NCBI GenBank assembly: GCA_976226885.1
Contig: OZ320317.1
Location: 78,368,001 to 78,432,000, forward strand
Length of the DNA: 64,000 nucleotides
Source: Iphione sp. A-MEVVRFRX5
Taxonomy: Eukaryota
Direction of reading: 5' to 3'
Positions 42,301 through 51,815 of the stretch are shown here, one piece after another. Every line of letters starts with the position of its first letter. Positions within the stretch are counted from its first letter, which is position 1. Made by a program: the position numbers and the translations under genes. The notes beneath the pieces were generated by a model. The model did not search any database. It had not been told where the DNA came from and saw only the letters and a program-made list of their open reading frames with translations.

Positions 42301-43429
42301 ATGGACCAAAACATAGGTTTAGACTGACGCACATGATTTTATGGATTTGATGATTATGACTGAAGGATTTTCAGGAAACGAGAGAATAAAAAAAATCTGA
42401 CAGGCACGTCAGTCAGGATTTTAATTATCGTTGACGGTTCGTCTATAGTCCCTGCTGTCCAAGAGCCCAGAAGAGGCAGGAACAACTTCCCCTAAAACAA
42501 TTTCCCCCTTGGAATACTCGTAAGTCGAGCTGGCAGGACATATGGGGCTTGTGGAACACTGTATGTACGTGCCTGGCGGCTGTCGGGCGAACGGCAAGTG
42601 ACAGCTCAATAAACACGACCAAAGCCTAGCCGAGGTCTTGTACTCTAAAACTAACTTGACCTATGGCCGGCTTTAACTCGTACCTACTGACCATACAGTT
42701 GGTTTTATTTTCGCCGGATATTGATGCCCTCTAGAGGCAAGTGTTTTTTCTCCCTTGGGGAGACAACTGACCTGCTAACAAAAGGCCCGCAAGGGCGACA
42801 GGGGGGTGATGGAGTACTAAGTAGCCAATCGGCATTTTCTCTCGTCAGATGGTCTCAGGCGTCATGCGTCATCTAGTCATGCGGCGAACAGGAGCTGAAG
42901 AAAACCCTTCCACGGGAGCTTTACGACGCTCTATGCGAATTACATAGGACCTGCTGGGAGAAGGAAAGACAATGGCGGTGGGAGCCTGGCTATGCTGCTT
43001 CTATCGGAGGTGTGGTAAAGGCCCTCGGGCAGACACAAGGAGAAAGTGCTTTCCTCCTTAGAAGTTATTCCCGGCGCCTTAGCGGCAGTTCATTGTTGTA
43101 TTATCTGGTATTGCCGTTTTATCTAAAGCCTACAGGCAGATATTCCATCCTGCGCGCCTGTTTCCATGCACAAGCCGCTCTCTTTACTGCGGGTGTGACG
43201 GCCAACAAGGGTTAACAAGTTTGACAGTAACCTAGTGCATGCAGGTTACTCTCGTTGAGAATAACTGAAGGTAGAGCGGTTTAGGTGTATAGAATGGAGG
43301 AGACGTCAGACGGAATTGGATGGGGAACAAACATTTAAAATGTGGAGACATTTCTATCAATCACCCTTGAGCAGGAAAAAAACATAATTATAAAAATGGA
43401 GCTATAATTTGCTTCTAAAATATTGGGTG

Positions 43430-44030
43430 TTGCAAAGTCGAAATCCAATATAGGAGTGGGCGTCAGTGATATCTATTGGAGAATTACAAAAACTATACAC
43501 TGGTCTTATGGATTGACCTACTTTTCCCTTGTCATATTGCGGGCAGATTTGATCCAGCCTGAATATCTAAGGTGAACCCATGGAATCATGAAGATTATAG
43601 ATAAAGTGTTGGGTTTATATGATGCCCTCGTTGTGTTTCTTTTTATGCCATGCCAGGGTTTATTCTGTCAAGCTGGTAGCTGCGCTTGTTTCAGTGTGGT
43701 CCCTAAATAGTTAAAACAGGTTGAACTCCCGGATCCCTGCTGTCCTAGTCCGATAGGCACTCACGCACTGGCCCTATCCAGCCGCTTTGGAAACGCTTTA
43801 GACCAATCAAGATCCAAAGACAACAGTCCATGAATGGGTCATGCCTGTTTAGCGTTGGGTGAGCTAGGGCAGACGTAAGGTCTACTTGGGATTAAGGACC
43901 TGAACACGAGTTCAGTGGCACATGGAATTAAGGTACATAGTTCCAGGCTTATCTGGTAGGCAAAGAAGGGATGTATTACTAAACATATGGTAATGGTAGG
44001 GGCCCATTACTTTCTCTGATGATTGGCTTC
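43430..44030 (-). mobile_element. Heavily decayed non-LTR (CR1/L2-like) reverse transcriptase fragment
   Basis: A stop-ridden frame gives, in the expected order, KVMGPYHYHMFSN (cf. GSVLGPLLFLIFIND), LTE*TLAWH (cf. LDxxLxWxxH) and SIRPVYSF (cf. IRPxLEY). By-eye resemblance only. Confidence 0.3.
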
Positions 44031-46959
44031 TGACAAGTATGCCGCCTGTGATCTACTAGAGGACTATATATAGTTTCTGAGGACTGAGATATGTAGCCTC
44101 ATGAATATTGGGTTAATCACGTAAATCAGCTGTCAAAGGAGAAGCAGCCCGTGTGCGTGTGTGCATTCTCTTCTAGATAATGACTTTTTGTTTGTGTGTT
44201 GCATTACGACCAAACAAGTGATTCCTAAATTATGTCGCCATGAATACAAAGTAATTCCCGGGGAATACCAAAGAAAACCTTTCTAATGATCAATTGCGTC
44301 TGCTCACGTGACATTTTGCCTGGTCAATCACAGTAGGCTCCTCAAATGTGCCGGGAGTTACAACCGTACATAAACAAACGAGTTTAACATTGAATCCATT
44401 GGCACCCTTGAACATCTTTGAACATACTGCGGATTGAACTATGAGAAATTAAAAACACACAGAAACCATATACAGGGTCACAAACTAGACGTTTAGTTAT
44501 ATGTCCAGTAGGTTTTAACGTGTAGGGCTTGACAGATGACCATCTGAAACCTAGGTAGACATGCTGGAAGGAAGTATCTCGGATGTTTCACAGTAGGCAG
44601 AGCTATCTCCACAAATGCGATCGGTACATACATGTATAAAAGGCACCTTTAAGAGTATGTTATTCAATGTATGTATACTGGAATCGATCACTTACCTCCT
44701 GTCAAGCAAAGCATAGTCAAAGCATACACTCACCTGAAAAGAATCAAAAGAGCATATTGAATTCATTGTTGAACAGCAGCTACAGATGCTTTCAACATAA
44801 TTGCAGCCCTCGTGTTTCGAGCGACAGAAAACAAAGTACGTTACTCACAACAGCTCAGAATGGGGTGATATTTAACTAGCTTCTTCGTCTATGGACATTA
44901 AAACCGACCCGAAGGAAACAGCAACAGACGGTTTATAGACAGACATTCGCTAGATACATTTAAAGTAAATCCTGCTTTACATACTACACTAGTGTTTGTT
45001 GATTTGCCACGGACCGACTGCACAAATAATACATGGCATAGAATACATAGAACTAGATTTAAATTATTTGATGCATATATACATGATGTTAATGTGCCTA
45101 CACACATGTACATGTAGACACATTTCCCATATATATATATATTTATCATACCTGTCTCTATCGATAGGAATAAACGAATCATCATGATATGCGAAACACT
45201 GCATGTCAGGTGACACAAATGCGGAAGACTATTGAAAGGTAACGAGAAATACACTTTCGCTCTTTGCTCGCACTACTGCACTGATGCTTTGGCAGCTAGA
45301 TGCCTGCACCTCCACACCGTACCTCCACATATAAATAAACCCTCCGCGGGCACGTTACAGTGCACATTACAAGGTTAGGCGAGCAGAACGATTCCGCCTA
45401 CACCCAACACAGCTGTTGGGATTCACTCCAACACACCTATCAATGCGAAACTTCAAAGGTGACCCCGTCGGAGGCTTCTCTTAAAGGTATGCATTTAATG
45501 GACCAGAGGCACATGTGTGTTGAAGCATTTGAATTTGAGCGTTCACTGCCGACATCCAGGCGTCATGATGTTTGCCAAAAGGCCACCCAAGTTAGTGAAT
45601 AAATAATTCTACAGAGAGAGAAATCAGTGTATGTTTCGCATTGATATGTTGATATGTATGGAGACTTAAGCATTGTTGTGCAATGACCCGGCCACTGGCG
45701 TAGTACACAGCATAACACGGTGTAACTCAGTTCATTTCCAAAGAGACATGTACATGTATAGTGGCCCTTGGCATTCCGTGGGATAATACACTGGTCGACC
45801 CATTTTCAGCAGCCGTCAGAACTAGACGTTAGTTGGGAACGTTATTTACAGGCCACTACATGTCTGGACGTCTCTGGAGATCACTCGGCACATTCCACAT
45901 CCTAATGAGCACACGAGCATTAGCAGCAGCACAAGTATGCTGTGCTAGGGATGTTTAACATCATCTCAATTTTTTCCCCGTATTGTGCTTGGAGATGTTT
46001 TACTTCTCCTGACGTTTGAGCTCCTCTGTATGTTCAGCTCCACTTTACCCGTGCAATCCCAGGCACTCCAGAGAGTGAAAAAAATGCACAAGTGGTAGGT
46101 TGTATGAAGTACCGAATCATATCCTTTCACTACACTGCACATGAACTCTCCCAGGCTTCTCAAACCCATCATGTTTAAGCATCTGTCTACATTCGGTCCA
46201 AGCTAATAGATATGCGACCATTGCAGAAGCTTCTCGAGAGTAGGAATAGAGGGATGATGGACAGTGCCAGGTACCCAATCATGGCGGCCTTTTTACTCGG
46301 TTACATCCACGGGCTAATGGCTGTTCAAGGCGCCAGTGCCCTGCGGACGCCCAGCTTTATCTACTATATACGGACTGTCTTAGGGGTTTTATATGATTCA
46401 TGAACAGCGCAACAGCATGCAAAGCAGCTATCGTCTAGAAGCCAAGGCCAACGTAGCTGCCAGCATCTCCCCTTGCGGCATACGTCAACGATCTACGGTA
46501 TGGGAAATACTGATGTATGTCGTGCGAGTAGTTGATGTACTAATAAAGTATGTAATCTCGGACGACATTTATAGGCAGATGGTGCTGAGGTCTAGACCCG
46601 GATCTCATCTCTTATGTATCCCAGGGCTACACATGCAAGAATATGGGTGCTAAAGACTGTGATATACGTGATATAGGACCATGTATATAAGGGGATGGGC
46701 GGTGAAGTCTAGGATGTATAATTATATACGATGCCATTGGATCATGGGACGTGTACAAACATCTGATATGTATAAACATGTATTTTATTATACAGTTATA
46801 TGTTCAAGACTCTCGTTCTATTTCAACCAACTAAGATTATCAGACTACATCAGTTGCATATGGTGCCTGTCCAGTTCTCAAAACAGAAATATTTCGAGCA
46901 CCAGCATAATCTGTGCAATTACAAAATTAAATCCTGAATCATCCATTAAATTTATCCAA

Positions 46960-47345
46960 AACAGTATAGGATCATTCTAGCTATGAGAACACTGAATTAG
47001 GTATGCAGAGAACTCATCCAGCTGTACCTGCACAACGCCTTCCTCACAAAATTGATACCAGATGAGGCTACGAAGATATTGGAATTATCGTTTGAGAAGA
47101 ACAAGAACCACACATCACCAAAATAATAAACATGGCCTCTGTCTGTCTTTCATGCTACAAGTGTCCATACAACACTTCCGGGACTATGTCAATAATTACA
47201 AGAAGATGGACCCGAAATGGACAAATACACGCATCCAGAGAAATATTATGTGCCCCCAAACCACAAGTTTCAAGAAACCAGTGGTTAAAGTTGTGAACGA
47301 AGCAGCAAACGGAATTATTTCTACTCAACACAAGTGTTAAACAAT
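46960..47345 (+). mobile_element. Decayed 3' end of a CR1/L2-like LINE ORF2
   Basis: Fragments ELGMQRTHP (cf. LEYxxQxWxP) and HKFQE...RNYFYSTQVLN (cf. RxNFFSxRVVNxWN) with stops and frameshifts. Confidence 0.35.
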
Positions 47346-48427
47346 AAACAAAAGCTATTCAAAGGGATAACATAAGAACTTACTTTAGGATAAATAGTTA
47401 ATATGGCAACATGCAAGAAGTCAGGATTGTATAGTCTGACGAAAGCCAATGCGCATCTGTTCTGAAGACGGCGAAACAAGCACCAACCAGCAGCAAATCA
47501 GCCTAAATGTCACCGGTGACTGGTGACAGGGCCGGTATGCATTGACGTTCGACACGGGATGTGCCGAGCCCGGAGAGGTAGGTGCCTATTTTATGGCCAG
47601 CTGTCATCTGCGAGTGTGAGCGAAGGCAGGACTAACACCTAGCGTGAGAGGCAGTCATCAGAGGCAGCCATCACACCCGATTAAAGACAGCTGACACTTG
47701 ATATAAGCTACCATCTCCCGGCTTAAGGCTACTTAACACGGATCACGGAGCAAGGCGTACCACCAAAGATTTGCCTTGGCCACGACCGACTCTCCGTGTT
47801 TGTGTATAATGTTCTTGGCACACTTGCACAGGCGGCTCGTCTTGCTTGAGGCCTACAGTTCGAAATACTTGCGTTTGACCCATACTGATCTCTAATACAC
47901 TTAATGGTTGTAGGGGGGGAACATATAGGAATGAAGTCCCTGTACTCCCCAAAGCCAGGAACCCACTGTTGATGAATTCACGCACGTCGCGCCGACCCTC
48001 CCTCATGAATAGTTGAATATGTCTTTTCTTCATCACTCATGGCGGGGATATTCACGGTGCTTACTGACTGCCTTATCCCGCCGCCATCTATTGATCGAAC
48101 ATTGACTTCTTTTATGTTGTCTATCTGCTTAATGTACCATATAAAAAGGGGGATGGATTCCCAGTATGGAGAAAAAGGGGGGTTTCTAGTGGGTACTGGA
48201 TAAGCACGGTACAGACATAATGGGTAAAGACTAAGTAAAACCTCGCCCTCCGGACAATAGATGACCTGTCGTACAATGTAGAGGGATTTAAAGCCTTTTT
48301 TGTCAATAAACTTTAGGCATATTTTTATAAATGGATGCTCCATAAATAACCTCCTGCAAAAAACCTAGCCGAGCAAAAGCAGTTCGTGTCACAATAGAGG
48401 GCTATTTCTACGATCTTCATCTTTCAT

Positions 48428-48591
48428 GTGACCAGATCACAGGGGAGACCAAACTGAGACAGAGACCAAGGGTTAATGGAACCAGAGAAGAGAAATTCTG
48501 CATATTCTTAATGCTATATAATGCGATCAAACTATAGAGAACCCTAAAGTTGGCTAGTCCCAAGTCTCGTCTCATACACGGGTCTCAACTG
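48428..48591. mobile_element. Partial inverted copy of the 14857-15017 MITE family
   Basis: gaccagatcacaggggagaccaaa is the reverse complement of the tttggtctcctctgtga / ctgtgatctggtc motifs at ~14920-14998. Ends ggtctcaactg|TA. Confidence 0.5.
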
Positions 48592-49236
48592 TATTTTCCT
48601 GAAAGGAATATCCTCACTACTTAGTTTTAATAACATATTTACGTTTCTACTTGTGCTGTAGCTTTTATCTTGTCTGTCCCGTATTAATACGCTACAGGCC
48701 CCTCCCATTGCTAAGGGCGTCAAACGACAGGATATTCGCCGTGCGCGAAAAGCAGCCAGAGTAATAACTTAGCTTCCGAGGGCAGCGCTTGGTGAAAGCA
48801 GATTAAATATCTGATCTCAAAATTCATTTCGTATTGATTCACGGAGAGGAAACTGTTCATTTACTTCATGAATGCATAAGTGCGCCAAGTCCGCATGCGC
48901 CGGAGGATAGTATTGAATATCTAAATCCTTTTAGATTTCACCAGTGGATTTTTGCTTCCCGAGATGTCTTCTCGATAATTGCACCATGGTTTATCCTTAT
49001 AGATTCATCAAGGACGTATCAACGAATACATAGGACAGGGGACTCAGGGTTCATACTGGTGCTGTGTCAGAACTGCCCGAGTACACCTCTAAATTTGTTT
49101 TTAAATTTGATTAAAGAGCACCAACAGAACTATTCACATTATTGAGAAAAATCCATGCATCGCTATCCTTTTCCGAAAGAAGGCCACGATAACCATAATT
49201 ATATGCATGGTGTTCTCAGCTTCCACGAATCTGGCT

Positions 49237-49242
49237 GGTGTT
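49237..49242. repeat. Left 6-bp target-site duplication GGTGTT
   Basis: Identical to 57974-57979. A 6-bp TSD is typical of Polinton retroviral-type integrases. Confidence 0.95.
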
Positions 49243-49515
49243 AGTAGTATAAAACTGCCGGTTCTGGCTCACTTTTGTTTACATTCTCCAATGCTATTTC
49301 AATGGAAAAAAGTTACCCACCTTGGTTACCCACCTTGACCTCTTTTCCAGGGAATCCCCCCCCCCTCCCCCACTGAATGACATCAGCATACACATATTGC
49401 ACCATGATAACGCAACTCCATTAGGGAATCCCCTACATGGGGAATCCCGACTGATGACATCAGCATTGATCTGTCATAGTGGTGGTCAATGATAAGAAGT
49501 ATGAGTCTGTAATCA
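49243..49515 (+). repeat. Left terminal inverted repeat
   Basis: Manual alignment with the reverse complement of 57702-57973 gives 3 substitutions plus one homopolymer indel over the first 263 bp, then 2 further mismatches in the last 10 bp. Contains an internal 13-bp tandem repeat, gttacccaccttg x2 (49312-49337). Confidence 0.96.
49350..49462. promoter_or_regulatory. Cluster of 3 NF-kB-like sites and 2 TGACATCA (ATF/Jun-type) sites in the left TIR
   Basis: GGGAATCCCC at 49350-49359 and 49424-49433, GGGGAATCCC at 49439-49448; TGACATCA at 49378-49385 and 49455-49462. Mirrored in the right TIR. Confidence 0.55.
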
Positions 49516-49532
49516 TACTTTTCCTATTTATA
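49498..49532 (-). promoter_or_regulatory. TATAAATAG box plus initiator pointing outward through the left TIR
   Basis: TATAAATAG at 49532-49524. TCATACT (YYANWYY) has its A at 49502, 30 nt downstream. Confidence 0.45.
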
Positions 49533-49634
49533 TATTGATATGAGGTTGTTCGTTTCATGTGTAGTGACACATTACTGACGATGCTTACCACGTGAAGGTC
49601 ACCTCATGTCAAGCATCTCCTAGCTAATCATCTG

Positions 49635-49760
49635 TACAGAGTGGGTCCACCTAATGTTTCCCCCTCTCATCACCTTAAACCTATACAGAGTGGTCCCACC
49701 TAATGTTTCCCTCTTACTACCTTAAATCTACACAGAGTAGGTCCAATGTATCCCCCCCCC
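49635..49760. repeat. Three ~48-bp tandem units containing TACAGAGTGGGTCCACCTAATGTTTCCCC; fourth copy at 50533-50562
   Basis: Copies start at ~49635, 49684 and 49731 (degenerate), with a near-perfect dispersed copy at 50533. Confidence 0.85.
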
Positions 49761-49874
49761 CCTCCCCTCTCACCCCATCTATGATATTCAAGAGTAGAGA
49801 AGTGTGAAGTGGTTTCTGGAATGTTGGATATTATTCTATGACAACAATGTCATGGGGTTAATTTGACATTACAT

Positions 49875-49878
<4 letters not shown>

Positions 49879-49912
<34 letters not shown>
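49879..49912. repeat. T34 homopolymer (A34 on the coding strand)
   Basis: Directly visible. Confidence 0.95.
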
Positions 49913-49916
<4 letters not shown>

Positions 49917-49977
49917 ATTTCTGCATCCTTGTCATGGATGGTAGATTTTTATCTATGACTATCGTGATTCATAGATG

Positions 49978-50330
49978 AAGTGGTTTACGGCTAAATTAAT
50001 AGCACTCCAGGGACCAGGATGGTGATGACAGTTGATAACAGACCACAGTTGCTGCTGCAATTAGTAACCACCTTAGTTTTCATGTGTGAAATGATTATTA
50101 AAGTGGTTTACGGCTAAATTAATAGCACGCCAGTGACCAGGATGATGAGAATGACAAGTGATAACTAATCACAGCTTTCTACTGTAATCAGTAAACACCT
50201 TAGTTTTCAGAAATGTAATGAACTATGCACGAATGGTTTACGGCTAAATCAATAGCCCGCCAGGGACCAGGATGATGATGACTGGTGATACTAGAGCAAA
50301 GCTTTCTACTGCAAGTTGTGATCAACTTGT
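49978..50330. repeat. Tandem array of three ~123-130-bp units (candidate structured ncRNAs)
   Basis: The conserved block TGGTTTACGGCTAAAT(T/C)AATAGC..CCAG.GACCAGGATG starts at 49981, 50104 and 50234. Units 1 and 2 end ACCTTAGTTTTCA. Confidence 0.85.
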
Positions 50331-50682
50331 TTGACACTACAAAAGTGTACTGTAAATGAGATGAAAGTTATCAAGGTAGTTTCACAGATAATTTCTCATG
50401 CATCCTTTTAGCTAGGATTTCTTGATCCACTGCATGTATTTAACTAATGGATCCATGTGACATAAATGTGATGTATATTTTAGTTATATGTACAAATGGG
50501 TTTATCTATATCTCCTCCTTATGTATTATATATACAGAGTGGGTCCACCTAATGTTTCCCCCTCACCTACTATATATATATACAGAACCAGTGTATCTTA
50601 TAATTCTTTCTATTCAAAGTGGCTCAGAGTGCTACCCATCCCCCTACCCCCCCCCCCCCCCCAACTTTACCAATTGACTTAG

Positions 50683-51759
50683 CTATGATACATCTTTCAG
50701 TTCAGATTTCCTGATCCACTGGTTAAACTTGTTGGGCCAATAGAGCCATTTCACATAGACCATTTTGTTTTGTCCTTGACCCTTCTCTTTGATTATCTTT
50801 TCCACTTTCCAAAGATCATTAGATTGTACTTTTTGAAGTTCCTGTTGATAAAATGTTCCAGTGATTTCCTCATCATAGAAATCGCTCAATCTATAGACTG
50901 GTAGACCTTTCCGTCGAAAACGCTCAGATACTTTGAATATTTCACCAGACCATCTTTCATCATATTCTCTGCTAAAAGGATGTCGTAGGTGAGTTATTCT
51001 AACATAATCCCCAACCTGAAATTTAAATCTTTGAAATTTTTTATGAGATAGATATGGCCAATACTGCTTCCACCATAAAGAGGTTTCATTTTGTTTAGTT
51101 ACATCTATGGGAGCCATACCAAGACTTCTATGATATGTGTTGTTATAACTCTGGGCTACTTCTTTAAGAATATCAATATAATGATATGTTTGTTTAAATG
51201 TGAAATAACGATATATCTTAGATTTGATAGTCTTAATAACTCTTTCTGCATAATTGGCCTTCACCTCATTCTGTGTCATAAAATGATGGATCCCATACTT
51301 TTTTAATAGTGCCTGGACTACTCTGGCTTTGAATTCTTGCCCTTTATCTGTACGGATATATTTGGGCTGTCTACCTTCAGATAATACACTATCAAAAGCT
51401 TTTGCCACTTCTGGTCCTGATTTTGTTTTGAGTGGCCTTAACCACAGATATCGAGAAAATATGTCAATGATTATGAGAATATATTTAAAACCTCTGTTAT
51501 ACTTAGACAAACGAGAGAAATCAGCCAGATCTGCATCCCATTGATCATCAATACCTGCAACCACAACCTTGCTACGAGGAAACCTCCTATTGATAGATTT
51601 GTGAAGAGTGTAAGGTTCCTGTTTGGCTAGCCAGTCTTGAATTTCTTGAAAACTGTAATTCTTACCTTCAGCATTGGCTGCTTTGTATAGTTTTGCTGGA
51701 GAGCTGAAGCTTGCAGGATGCTTTGGATTATAATATATTGACGATAAATCACGATCCAT
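50683..51759 (-). CDS. Polinton retroviral-like (rve, DDE) integrase with C-terminal chromodomain, 358 aa
   Basis: N-terminal YYNPKHPASFSS; catalytic WDADLAD, IDIFSRY, IRTDKGQEF and ANYAERVIKTIK; chromodomain WKVEKIIKEK...VYVKWLYWPNKFNQWI. ORF intact. Confidence 0.95.
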   Translation of the reverse strand: MDRDLSSIYYNPKHPASFSSPAKLYKAANAEGKNYSFQEIQDWLAKQEPYTLHKSINRRFPRSKVVVAGIDDQWDADLADFSRLSKYNRGFKYILIIIDIFSRYLWLRPLKTKSGPEVAKAFDSVLSEGRQPKYIRTDKGQEFKARVVQALLKKYGIHHFMTQNEVKANYAERVIKTIKSKIYRYFTFKQTYHYIDILKEVAQSYNNTYHRSLGMAPIDVTKQNETSLWWKQYWPYLSHKKFQRFKFQVGDYVRITHLRHPFSREYDERWSGEIFKVSERFRRKGLPVYRLSDFYDEEITGTFYQQELQKVQSNDLWKVEKIIKEKGQGQNKMVYVKWLYWPNKFNQWIRKSELKDVS

Positions 51760-51779
51760 CTCAGTCAGTGTTCAAGTGA

Positions 51780-51815
51780 AGACTGCATGCCAAACAAAAT
51801 TCAAGTCTATTTATA
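51780..51815 (-). promoter_or_regulatory. Candidate integrase core promoter overlapping the ATPase stop codon
   Basis: TATAAATAG (51815-51807) encodes Tyr-Lys-stop. GCAGTC has its A at 51784, 31 nt downstream; ATG at 51759. Confidence 0.55.

Noticed and set aside
12063-48343. Dozens of 60-150-aa ORFs in the ORF track
   Set aside because: No recognisable domains; many use non-ATG starts or run through microsatellites, as expected by chance in intronic DNA.
49235-49242. Apparent 8-bp TSD CTGGTGTT
   Set aside because: The CT on the right side belongs to the TIR end (ACTACT). Symmetric TIRs give a 6-bp TSD, GGTGTT.
49978-50330. CRISPR array or C/D-box snoRNA interpretation of the 125-bp repeats
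   Set aside because: The inter-repeat segments are homologous to each other rather than unique spacers, there are no cas genes, and the context is eukaryotic. RTGATGA C-box matches exist but no CTGA D box follows.
49516-50682. Hidden capsid or protease gene in the left non-coding region
   Set aside because: No ORF over ~76 aa. The region is repeats, poly(T) and poly(C), and the short ORFs 50447..50677 and 50488..50682 are low-complexity.
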